A DNA stretch of 64,000 nt, taken from an uncultured Methylomirabilota bacterium. GTDB taxonomy: Bacteria; Methylomirabilota; Methylomirabilia; Methylomirabilales; 2-02-FULL-66-22. The translations under genes and the position numbers were made by a program. Where the stretch lies: positions 1,088,001 to 1,152,000 of the forward strand of contig OY970067.1 of NCBI GenBank assembly GCA_963705305.1, in the 5' to 3' direction. Each line of letters starts with the position of its first letter. Position 1 is the first letter of the stretch. Positions 20,996 to 30,067 of this stretch are shown here, piece after piece. The notes beneath the pieces were generated by a model. That model had not been told where the DNA came from and ran no database searches. It saw only the letters and a list, made by a program, of their open reading frames with translations.

Positions 20996-22054
20996 ATGGC
21001 GTCCGTTCGCGTATTCCCGGCCAAGCGATTGCAAGCATTCATCGCCGGTGCCCTGGCGGCCGCGGGGCTTCCGGAGGGGGATGCGGCAGTCTCCGCCGCC
21101 CGCATGACGGAGGCGGACCTCCGCGGCGTGGACACGCACGGCATCTTTCGCCTGCCCCAGTACCTCAAGATGATTCGATCGGGGGCGATCAACGTCCGCG
21201 CGAAGATTCACCCGGTGCGCGAGAATCTGGTGACCGCCCTGCTGGACGGGGACGGCGGGATGGGGCACGTGGTGGTCACCCACGCCACCCAGTTGGCGAT
21301 CCGGAAAGCCGCGGAGGCGGGCCTGGCCTGGGTCGGGACCCTCAACGGGAATCACGCCGGAGCCGCCGCCGTGTATACCACGATGGCGCTGGCCCAGGAC
21401 ATGATCTGCATGTACATGACGGTGGCAAACGGCAACCATATGCCGCCCTGGGGAGGCGTCGAGCCGATCCTCGGCACCAATCCTATTTCGGTGGCTATCC
21501 CGGCGGGGGACGAGCCCCCCATCGTCCTCGACATGGCCACGACGGTGGCCTCCCAGGGGAAGGTGAAGCTGGCGGCCCAGAAGGGGGAGTCGATCCCCGT
21601 GGGGTGGATGATCGACCGGAAGGGTCAGCCCCTCACCGACCCCAAGCGCGCTTCCGAGGGCTTCCTCCTGCCCATCGGGACCTACAAGGGGTACGGACTG
21701 AACGTGGTCATCGGCATGCTGGCCGGCGTGCTGAACGGGGCGGCATTCGGCCGCTGTGTCGTGGACTTCAACAAGGACTTCACGTCGAAAAACAACAGCG
21801 GGCATGCGATCCTGGCGATGCGGGTGGACAACTTCCAGCCGGCCGACACTTTCAAGAAAGAGATGGACCGGATGATCCGCGAGATCCGGGAATCGGAGCG
21901 GATGGAGGGCGTGGACCGCATTTGGCTGCCGGGCGAGATGGAGTTCTACAAGACCCGCGAGCGGCTGGAGCGCGGCATCCCGCTGGCCCCCGCCGTCGTG
22001 GAGCAGCTGCGCGAGATCGCCAAGACATTCAACGTGGCGGATCAGCTGGAGTAG
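20996..22054 (+). CDS. LDH2/MDH2 (Ldh_2) family oxidoreductase (divergent paralog)
   Basis: ADLRGVDTHG, NHAGAA, GTNPIS, LDMAT, YKGYGL; GGAGG RBS. Confidence 0.88.
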   Translation: MASVRVFPAKRLQAFIAGALAAAGLPEGDAAVSAARMTEADLRGVDTHGIFRLPQYLKMIRSGAINVRAKIHPVRENLVTALLDGDGGMGHVVVTHATQLAIRKAAEAGLAWVGTLNGNHAGAAAVYTTMALAQDMICMYMTVANGNHMPPWGGVEPILGTNPISVAIPAGDEPPIVLDMATTVASQGKVKLAAQKGESIPVGWMIDRKGQPLTDPKRASEGFLLPIGTYKGYGLNVVIGMLAGVLNGAAFGRCVVDFNKDFTSKNNSGHAILAMRVDNFQPADTFKKEMDRMIREIRESERMEGVDRIWLPGEMEFYKTRERLERGIPLAPAVVEQLREIAKTFNVADQLE

Positions 22055-22184
22055 CCCGCTCGCATCGGGAGCGGTGAGGAGCCCCTCCGGCCGAAAGGGC
22101 CGGCGGGGCTCGTGTTTCGCGAGGACACACGGACAGCGTCCTTGCCTGCGCTGACTCCCGCCTCGACCGCAGCCCCTGCGGGAA

Positions 22185-22850
22185 TTACCCCCCTTCCACG
22201 GTGATTTTTCCGACGTACTTCACCCACTCGGACCCGTAGCGATCCTCGGCCACCACCCGCAGGGGGGATCCGTTCCTGCGGGGAAGCGGTTGCCCGTTCA
22301 CCTGGTAGGCCAGAAAGACCGTGTCGGAGAGGACGTCCGCCAGGGCAAACCCCGCGACATGCTGCCCGGCGCCCTCGATGGAAACGCGGGTGGCGGCCGG
22401 GTCGAATCCGGCCTCCTGGAGGATCCTCTTGATCGAGACCCCCTTCCAGCGGCCGTAATTGGCAAAGAATCCAGGGCAGATCAGCAGCGCGTTCCTCTCC
22501 AGGGAGGGAAGCGCCGTGAGCTGGGCGTAGGTCAGCTTCAACGGATGCTTGACCCGTCCCGATATCTCCAGCCGCCAGCCGTTGAGGTCCACCGCGATGT
22601 CCGTGGGACCCATGGTTCCGAAGTCTTCCAGCGGCGTGATCTGCAGGTTGGTCGCATCCAGGTCGGCCGGGTTCTCATTGATAAGGCTTTCCTGGTTTGT
22701 GCCCCTGGCGAGAACCTTCCTGCCCGCCGCCCAGGCGCGCCGTGCTGCTGGACCGAAAGATCCCACGAGGCTCCCAGCCCCCACGAAACCGCCGAGCGCC
22801 AATCGTATGAAATTCCTGCGCGTGCTCACGGTTCCCTCCCTCCCGCGCAT
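22185..22850 (-). CDS. Tat-exported molybdopterin-dependent oxidoreductase (sulfite oxidase/MsrP-like)
   Basis: TRRNF twin-arginine signal; WRLEISG, LLICPG, WKGV, NGQPLP..NGSPLRVV...YGSEWVK. Confidence 0.8.
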   Translation of the reverse strand: MRGREGTVSTRRNFIRLALGGFVGAGSLVGSFGPAARRAWAAGRKVLARGTNQESLINENPADLDATNLQITPLEDFGTMGPTDIAVDLNGWRLEISGRVKHPLKLTYAQLTALPSLERNALLICPGFFANYGRWKGVSIKRILQEAGFDPAATRVSIEGAGQHVAGFALADVLSDTVFLAYQVNGQPLPRRNGSPLRVVAEDRYGSEWVKYVGKITVEGG

Positions 22851-22957
22851 TGCCGTGCCTCTTCGCCTTTCCCGACCTTCCGCGCGCCAGCTCCCGTTGA
22901 GCTCTTCTCTCCCCTGCGCCCCAGCGCCCCTGGACCCGTGCAGCCTTTCAACATCCC

Positions 22958-23932
22958 TCACGCCCGGAACAGCGCCGCCGCGCAGCAGCTTTCGATGGGA
23001 TCGCGGCCGATGGCGGTCTCGTCCGACAAGACGAGCCCCCGATAGCCGCGCTTGAGCGCATCGTGCGCGGCGCAGACTTCCGAGCGGGTCGGGCTCGGAT
23101 GCTCGACCAGGTGCTCGAAGATCTGTCCCGCCAAGAGCACCGGAACAGGCAGCTCGGATACTCGATCTGAAAACTGGGAGACGGTCGCTGCCATGGTACG
23201 CGCGCCGAGCTCGGCGCCGAGATCGCCCCGACACAGCCACAGCTCGGCGGCCGATTCTGCAATCTGCTGCGCCTCGTCCACCGCCGGCTGGCGCTCCAGC
23301 TTGGCGATCAGGGGTGTCGATCCGCCGATCTGCCTGCGGTAGCTGGCCATCTCCACGGCATCTTTCACGTACGACAGAGCATAGCGGATGCCCGTCAGAT
23401 GGCGGGTGCGCTCCAGGATCGCCAGATCCGTATCGTGCAGGGCCTCCTGGCGGTACGCGGAGGCCGTGTAGGTGATCCCCTTCCGCGGGAGGATCGGCCC
23501 GCCGGTAGTCACGCGGGCAGTGAGGGCGTCCCCCGCCATCGCCTCCAGCCGGAGGCAGAGCTTGGCGTCATCGAGGACGATCTCCCCGCTGGAGACGGCC
23601 GCCGCCCGAAAGAAATCGGGATGCGGAACCGGCAGCACGCCGGGAAGGCGGGTGGAGGCCGCACATACGACCGACACCCGCTGTCCCGCCACCAGCTCGC
23701 CGGCGGGGAGCGCGCCCAGGCGCCACTTGCTGCCCTGGAGGTCGAGGATGAGCGGCGGCGCCTCCCCCGCGGCGAAGCAGGCGCCCAGCCGGTCCAGCCA
23801 GGCTGCCAGCTCGGGAAGAGACACGTGGGAGGTATTCAACCGGAACGCGGTCGCCCCGGCGGCCAGCATGGCCCTCCAGATCGTGTCGGTGTCGCTGCTG
23901 GGCCCGAGGGTGGCCACGATCTCGTAGTCCAT
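22958..23932 (-). CDS. pyk: Pyruvate kinase barrel-domain protein lacking the C-terminal regulatory domain
   Basis: IVATLGPSS, FRLNTSH, DLQGSK, IAKLE, RGDLGAE, PTRSEV, LSDETAIG; ends after about 324 aa. Confidence 0.75.
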   Translation of the reverse strand: MDYEIVATLGPSSDTDTIWRAMLAAGATAFRLNTSHVSLPELAAWLDRLGACFAAGEAPPLILDLQGSKWRLGALPAGELVAGQRVSVVCAASTRLPGVLPVPHPDFFRAAAVSSGEIVLDDAKLCLRLEAMAGDALTARVTTGGPILPRKGITYTASAYRQEALHDTDLAILERTRHLTGIRYALSYVKDAVEMASYRRQIGGSTPLIAKLERQPAVDEAQQIAESAAELWLCRGDLGAELGARTMAATVSQFSDRVSELPVPVLLAGQIFEHLVEHPSPTRSEVCAAHDALKRGYRGLVLSDETAIGRDPIESCCAAALFRA

Positions 23933-24000
23933 GCGCTGCCCTTTCGGGGCGACGGGACCGCCCCCAGTTGGCCCCCCCAGTTGAGAAGGTTGCCGCGCGT

Positions 24001-24366
24001 TCAAAATGCCCGGACGGTCTTCTCCAGCTTCTCCAGGAGCAGATCCCGCCGGGCCCGCATGGCGAGGAGTGGCCCTTCTTCCTCTTCCGCGATCGGTCCC
24101 TCGCGATTGATCTTCCGAAAGAACGCCTGCACGCTCTCCGGGCTCATTTTCGAAGACGAGAGCTCCGTGTACACGCAGAGCGCCGCGACGGTTCGCAGCA
24201 GGGCATTCACCGTGAACTCGTGCATCTGCTTCGCATCTTTCTGGCCCAGTGCGTTCCCCCACTTTTCGATGGTGGCCAGGAGACGTTTCATGAGATCGAG
24301 CTCCAGCCGTCGCTGCTCGTCTGGGGCCCTGAAGAGCGGAATCTGTGCGTCGCTCATGGGGGTCAT
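24001..24366 (-). CDS. Hypothetical protein (helical)
   Basis: ORF C-terminal part with protein-like composition (MTPMSDAQIPLF...KTVRAF). Confidence 0.55.
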   Translation of the reverse strand: MTPMSDAQIPLFRAPDEQRRLELDLMKRLLATIEKWGNALGQKDAKQMHEFTVNALLRTVAALCVYTELSSSKMSPESVQAFFRKINREGPIAEEEEGPLLAMRARRDLLLEKLEKTVRAF

Positions 24367-24536
24367 CCTCGCTTCCCCGGGAAGTTCTGGGCGCCCACGC
24401 CGGACATCCGGTCCTCCCCGCCAACGCCGACGGTCCGGTCCACGACACTTTGGAGGCTGCCGGCGTCGACGGATCCGTCCAGTGCGCTCACAGCCCGCCG
24501 GGCATCTGCCCGCAGTCGCACGGCCCGAAGGGACGC

Positions 24537-25070
24537 CTAGACGGGCGGCTTGAGAGCCGCGATATACGGAAGGCTCCGGTAGCGCTGGTGATAGTCGAGG
24601 CCGTACCCGACGACAAATGTGTCGGGAATCTCGAAGCCGCGATAGGCGATGGGGTGGTCCACGATCCGCCGCACGGCTCGATCGAGGAGTGCGCACACCC
24701 GCAGGCTGGCCGGGCCCCGCTCGCGAAGGATGCGCAGGAGATATCCCAGCGTGAGACCCGTGTCCACGATGTCCTCGACCACCAGCAGGTCCCGTCCGGC
24801 GATCTCCTCCTCCAGATCCTTGACGATGCGGACCACGCCTGCCGCCTTGCTGCTGGGGCCGTAGCTCGAGATGGCAATGAAATCGATAGCCGCCGGGATG
24901 GAGAGCGCCCGGGCCAGGTCCACCAGGAAGAAGGCCGCCCCCCGCAGGACCCCCGCCAGGACCAGATCGCGCCCCGCATAGTCCCGGGAGATCGCCCCGC
25001 CCAGTTCGCGAACGCGGGCGGCAATCTGATCCGCCGAGAACAGCACCTCGCCCAACTCTTCCCCTTTCAT
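24537..25070 (-). CDS. hpt: Hypoxanthine phosphoribosyltransferase
   Basis: GVLRGA, ISSYG, VVEDIVDTGLTL, FVVGYGLDY..RYRSLPYI. Confidence 0.95.
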   Translation of the reverse strand: MKGEELGEVLFSADQIAARVRELGGAISRDYAGRDLVLAGVLRGAAFFLVDLARALSIPAAIDFIAISSYGPSSKAAGVVRIVKDLEEEIAGRDLLVVEDIVDTGLTLGYLLRILRERGPASLRVCALLDRAVRRIVDHPIAYRGFEIPDTFVVGYGLDYHQRYRSLPYIAALKPPV

Positions 25071-26089
25071 AGCGACTGGCCCTCCTCGCCAGGGCGAGTG
25101 GGCGCTCTGGGGGCGATGCCTGGCGGCAAGACAACCCCGTATTTCTGGATGAGGCTCCGGAAGTCCCGCCCGTAGAAGATTTTCAGCCGGATATTGGGAT
25201 ACAGCTCTCTGAGCTTACGGATCTTCCGGTTCTTCTCGGTCACCAGACTTTGCTTCAGCGTGGTCAGCTCCAGGTAAAGATCCAGGTCCGGCAGGTAGAA
25301 ATCCGGGGTGAAAGCCTCGCTGACGTGGCCGGCAACGTCCCAGGCCAGGGGGAACGATGTCGGCTCGTACTGCCAGCGGATCCGGTAAAAGTCCAGGACC
25401 CTGGCCAGCTCGGCTTCACTGGGATGAACGAATCCCGGGTGCTCCCCCAGCCCCTCTACCGAAACACCGCTCCCGCGATGCGCGATCCAGACGGCGATCT
25501 CGTCCAGGTGTCCCCCGATTGTCCGGAGCGAGGCGGCTTCTCGGATGATCGCGGCCGCCGCGTCGGAGCCCAGACGATCGGTCCTGACGATCAGGTCGTA
25601 CTGGGAGGCATCCCCCCAATCCGCACTATAATTATGGCGGATCCACTCCGCTCGCTGCCGATCGTCCTCCGCCAGCACGGCCTCGGCGTCCGCCTCGGGA
25701 ATGTTGCGGTCTTGTCGAATGGCGCTCAGGCGCGCGCCGAGACCGGCGACCACCTTCGCGTGGAGACTCCAGGGGCAATCCCGGAACAAGAACTGTCCCC
25801 CCCGCCCCACGACGACCAGATCTTCCTTCTCGGCCAGCTCCAGGAGCACCGCTTGAAGATAATCCACGTGCACCTGCGGGGCCGTGCCGTGGGGTGACCC
25901 ACCCCGCTCCTCGTCGCTGTCATCCAGCTCCGCACCGGTTAACCCGTGCTCCTGGACGAGCGCCTCGAGGCGGGCGCGGTCCACGAGGGCAAAGCCGAGG
26001 CCTTCGGCCACCTGCGTAGCCACCGCGTCTCCTTGGCTGCCAGCCTGGCGGGCGATCGTGATGATGCCCACAGCCGGTTCCCCCCGCAC
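25067..26089 (-). CDS. Cytidylate-kinase-like domain fused to a C-terminal PD-(D/E)xK-like domain
   Basis: N-terminal ITIARQAGSQG, VVVGRGG, YDLIV; C-terminal HPSE...YEP...FTPDFYLPDLDLYLELTT; overlaps the hpt start (ATGA). Confidence 0.75.
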   Translation of the reverse strand: MRGEPAVGIITIARQAGSQGDAVATQVAEGLGFALVDRARLEALVQEHGLTGAELDDSDEERGGSPHGTAPQVHVDYLQAVLLELAEKEDLVVVGRGGQFLFRDCPWSLHAKVVAGLGARLSAIRQDRNIPEADAEAVLAEDDRQRAEWIRHNYSADWGDASQYDLIVRTDRLGSDAAAAIIREAASLRTIGGHLDEIAVWIAHRGSGVSVEGLGEHPGFVHPSEAELARVLDFYRIRWQYEPTSFPLAWDVAGHVSEAFTPDFYLPDLDLYLELTTLKQSLVTEKNRKIRKLRELYPNIRLKIFYGRDFRSLIQKYGVVLPPGIAPRAPTRPGEEGQSL

Positions 26090-26246
26090 GATGACCTGCG
26101 TGAAAGACGATCAGGTCCTGCAGCAAGCCGATGCCCCAGCGCGGTGATCAGGGGTCGGTCTTGAGGACCCGCTGGTCGTGATGGTACCAGAAAAGGGGGC
26201 GGAAGAGAATGGAGCCTCGAAAGCGGAACGCCGGCGAGAGGCAAAT

Positions 26247-26411
26247 AAAAAAGGACGACCCCGAGTGACCTTCCGGCCCTTCCTGACTTCCTCGTCCAGG
26301 TTTCCTCGGTTTCCTCGGTCTCTTCCTTCCTTGCGGTCGGTCGATCTCGATTCTTCCGTCGGTTCCCTTTCCGAGGTTTCCTGGATGGCCTTCCGACCTC
26401 TCGGGATCGTC
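26247..26411 (-). ncRNA. Candidate CsrB/RsmZ-like GGA-rich small RNA (~165 nt)
   Basis: 13 GGA (12 GGAA) motifs, several in small hairpin loops; 5' GACGAUCCCGAG pairs with 3' CUCGGGGUCGUC, followed by a U6 tract; promoter directly upstream. Confidence 0.7.
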
Positions 26412-26417
26412 ATCTTT

Positions 26418-26446
26418 AATATGGCGCGCTCCACTCTCTCTGTCAA
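26418..26446 (-). promoter_or_regulatory. Sigma70 promoter of the candidate sRNA
   Basis: TTGACA (26446-26441)-N17-CATATT (26423-26418); predicted +1 at about 26411. Confidence 0.7.
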
Positions 26447-26736
26447 TCCCCAATCTGGTCCTTCGTGGAAATGGATCCGCTTTCCGTCTGACGAGCTCCT
26501 TTTATCTGTCGTATCGCCCCGCGTAGCCCCGGGTACGTGTCTCTCGGCACGCTCTCGATCTTCAGGGACCCCATGTCGCAGGTGCCCATCGACATTTCGC
26601 CTGACCACGGAATACGCCCGGGAAAGTCCCGATCCGACAAAGTGGCAACACAGAGCCTTTTTGCCACCAGGCCTGTCATCTTGGTTCAGAATAGCGGGGT
26701 TGCCGCAGCTGACTCTCCCTAGACTCTCGGCGGCCA

Positions 26737-27988
26737 CTAGCCTGAAGCCGACTCCGGCGGAACGGAGGGGATCTTCAGCCCGGCAGTCAGATAAAACCGC
26801 GGGAACAGGAGGTCGTCTTCTGCGCTGACCATCCCTTCCCGAACGGCTGTCCGGGCCAGGGCCGTGCGCGGGTAGATCCGGATCCCCGCCGTGACCTTGA
26901 GGCCGTCGAGGCCCAGCGAGGCGGCGAAGGCGAGACTTTCCTCGATCGATTCCTGGGTTTCCCCCGGCCCCCCCAGCAAGAGGAATCCCATCCGGCGAAT
27001 GCCGTGATCCGCAAAGCGATCCGAGATCTCGCGGACCTCCGCCGGCCGGAACCGCTTGTTCATGGCTCGAAGCATTCGCGGCGAGCCGCTCTCGAATCCC
27101 AGGCTCACCTCCGCGCAGCCGGCCTCGCCCATGGCCCGAACCAGCTCCGCCGGGACCTGGTGGGGGTAGAGGATGCAGCGCCAGACAACGTCCAGCCGTT
27201 GTTCTGCGATGCAGCGGCAGAGGTCCAGGGCATAGGCCGGCGGGAGATTGAAGGTGTTATCCACGAAGTAGAAGCGCCGCACCCCGCATTGCGCCAGGCG
27301 CGTCATCTCCTCCGCCACCCGCCGAGGAGTGCGGGCGCGGATCACCCGGCCCTCGATGCTAGCGGTGGAGCAGTAGGAACAGTCCAGCGGGCACCCCCGC
27401 CGGCTCTGGATCGGGATCCACGCCTCCGGGTCGGCGGGATCCTCTCCCGGCCACAGGTCGGCTTCGGGGGCAGGCAGGGCGTCCAGGTGGCGGACCGAGG
27501 CCCGCGTCCGGCGGCCGGTGCGGCCGGGGGCACGGACTCCGGGCAGATCGGACGGATCCCTCCCTCTCGCCAGGCGCGCCAGTAGATCCGGGAAGGCGTC
27601 CTCTCCCTCGCCGCAAATACCGAAGTCGGCCCCGAGATACGCCAGGGCTGCCGCCGGGAAGATGCTGTATCCCGCACCACCCAGGACCAGCGGAGCGGAC
27701 GATGCGGCCCGACAGGCCGAGACGACTCCCGCGACCTGGTCCAGGAGAAACCGCGGCGGATGCATGCACTGGTCGTCGATGTTTCGGATGGAGATGCCTA
27801 TGACGTTCCGGCCGAACGGACAGGATGCTTCGCGGAATGGCCGTCCCCGGATCTGGCTCACGCAGAAGGTCCAGGAGGACCGTCGCGTGACCGGCGGCGC
27901 GAGCCGCCGCAGCGACCAGTGCGGCCCCCAGGGGGCGCGCGGGGAGGTTGACTCGCTCCGTGTTGGCCGAGATGAGCAGGACCTTCAT
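26737..27988 (-). CDS. B12-binding radical SAM protein, apparent +1 frameshift near 27807
   Basis: N-terminal MKVLLISAN...PLG; GISIRNIDD; RGCPLDCSYC; YFVDNTFN; removing one A restores RPDVIGISIRN. Confidence 0.82.
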
Positions 27989-28064
27989 CGCCGGCCCCTC
28001 CTGCCAGGCCCCAATCGGCGATTGGCACGGCCGGATAAAGAGTGCGGCCGGCGAACGTCGCGGG

Positions 28065-28829
28065 CTAGCGCCTGGTTCCGGACAACAGAACATACCAGTG
28101 GTTGAGATGAAGCTCGCCGTTCACCGTCCGCAGGTCGAACGTCGCCCGCTGCTGGGGGGTCAGAGCATCGAGGAGTGCGTGGATCTTCTGCGCGTCCTCC
28201 ACCGAGACGTCGGTGGTCAAGGCGCTAAGCGGCCGGTGCCGAAGGTAGCTCTCGACGGTTTCCAGCGCAAAGCCATGCACCTCGAGCAGCCGGCGCCACT
28301 CGCTGGCCCGATACTCCCGCACGTGCGAGCCGTCGTGGTACCGGTCCAGCAGGTTCATGCAGTCATCGGCGAAATCGTCCTCCGGCGCACTCCGATCGTC
28401 GATCACCAGCCGGCCGCCCGGCCGCAAGGCCCGGTGTATCTCGCCGAGCGCACGCCCGATGTCAGCAAAATGGTGGGCGGCCCGCCGGCAGGTGACCAGG
28501 TGAAATGTCCCGGCCGAGAAGGGAAGCCGCTGGACATCCGCCAGTGCGTAAGCAACATTGGAAATGTTGCGCGCTGTTTGGAGCTTCCACGACTCTGCCA
28601 GCATCTGGGCCGTCAGGTCGATCCCGATGACCCGCCGCACCAGAGGCGCCAGGGCGAAGGCGGTATGTCCGGTCCCGGTGGCCACGTCCAGGACCCTCCA
28701 GTCCTCCTGCGGGGCGGCTAGCTCCACCACCCGGGCCAGGACCCGGGGGTCCGTGTGCGCAGCGCTGGTGGTGTACCGGGCCGCGCGCGCGCCGAAGATC
28801 CGCCTCGCCTCGCTTTCGATCGACCCCAT
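28065..28829 (-). CDS. Class I SAM-dependent methyltransferase
   Basis: VLDVATGTGH, LPF...FHLVTCRRAAHHF, LRPGGRL. Confidence 0.88.
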   Translation of the reverse strand: MGSIESEARRIFGARAARYTTSAAHTDPRVLARVVELAAPQEDWRVLDVATGTGHTAFALAPLVRRVIGIDLTAQMLAESWKLQTARNISNVAYALADVQRLPFSAGTFHLVTCRRAAHHFADIGRALGEIHRALRPGGRLVIDDRSAPEDDFADDCMNLLDRYHDGSHVREYRASEWRRLLEVHGFALETVESYLRHRPLSALTTDVSVEDAQKIHALLDALTPQQRATFDLRTVNGELHLNHWYVLLSGTRR

Positions 28830-29052
28830 GCTCCACCCCCGTCCCTTCGGCAGCCTGACCGCTGGCAGCGCAGTGAGTGGGCGGATTATGCGAGGCGAAC
28901 GGCCTCGTCGCAAGGGAAATCCCCGAGATGGTCCCGCCTGGAGTCGGATCATGCCGGGGCCGAGGAGGCTGGAAATCTTCTGATTAGGCTTGGGTATGGC
29001 GGAACAACCCGGATTCCCTGTCGCGGGGCCGGTCGGCCGATTGCAGCGGCCC

Positions 29053-30030
29053 TCAAACGGCGAAGGCCTCCAGAGTGGGATGGAAGTGTCCCGCGTCCGG
29101 AAAGCCGATGGGACGGATGGCGGGCAGGGTGACCCCCGCCTGCCGGTACGCAGCGGCAATGGCGTGAACCACACCTTCGTCCCCGATTCCGCCCAAAGCG
29201 CTCGCCAGCTGATCCGGAACGGCGCGGGCCGGCGCGGACTCCACGCTCTTTTTCCGGTCGAAAATGGCCAGCGCCTGCCCGAACCCGCTGGCGGTCAGCA
29301 TGGCACGATAGAAAGGGAGTTGCAGATAGCGAACCAATTCTTCCTTGAACAGTGCCGTGATGGCCTGGACGTCCGGGCTCAGGGCAGCCGGCACGGCCGC
29401 CACGACTTCGAACCTTTCGAGGGATTTCCCGGCCCGGGCCCGGCCGCGCTCCACGGCCGGCAGGACCGCCGTTCGAATGTACTCCGGCGTGCACAGCCAC
29501 AAGACCACCCCGTCGGCAATCTCGCCGGCCAACTCCAGCATCTTGGCCGACAGGCCCGCCAGGAACACGGGCGGGGGCTCCGGCAGCCGGGGCAGCGCGC
29601 TCCGCCAGTGTACGTGATACCGCTCGCCGGCATGGTCGGCCTGCCCGGCCAGGGCAGCCCGCAGGACCGTCACATACTCCCGCATCGTCCTGAGGGGGCT
29701 TCCCATCTCCAGGCCGAGCGCTTCGGTCATGGACGGCCGATGACTCACCCCGATGCCCAGGCGCAGCCGGCCGGCGGACACTTCGGCCAGGGTCAGGGCC
29801 TCCTGGGCCATCGCCACCGGGTGCCGCGGATAGATCGGGACCACCCCGGTCCCGAGCGTGATGGTCGTGGTGGCCTGGGCATAGGCCGATAGGACCAGGA
29901 AGGCATCACGCCCGCCGCCGTGCGTCACCCACAGGCTTTCGTAGCCCCAGCCTTCCGCCCTGCGCGCCAGCTCGATCGCCGCCGCAAGGTCCGTCCCCGG
30001 AATGAGATATGCGCCCGTACGCTCCTTCAT
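29053..30030 (-). CDS. LLM class flavin/F420-dependent oxidoreductase
   Basis: AEGWGYESLW, LGTGV, GRLRLGIGVS, LAGEIADG. Confidence 0.88.
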   Translation of the reverse strand: MKERTGAYLIPGTDLAAAIELARRAEGWGYESLWVTHGGGRDAFLVLSAYAQATTTITLGTGVVPIYPRHPVAMAQEALTLAEVSAGRLRLGIGVSHRPSMTEALGLEMGSPLRTMREYVTVLRAALAGQADHAGERYHVHWRSALPRLPEPPPVFLAGLSAKMLELAGEIADGVVLWLCTPEYIRTAVLPAVERGRARAGKSLERFEVVAAVPAALSPDVQAITALFKEELVRYLQLPFYRAMLTASGFGQALAIFDRKKSVESAPARAVPDQLASALGGIGDEGVVHAIAAAYRQAGVTLPAIRPIGFPDAGHFHPTLEAFAV

Positions 30031-30067
30031 GGTTGCCCCGCCTTGTTCCGTTTCTGCCGGCTCGACT

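Noticed and set aside
26111..26828. ORFs of 208 and 216 aa across the hpt-radical SAM gap
   Set aside because: Low-complexity R/S/E/G-rich translations of the GGAA-repeat RNA and its promoter.
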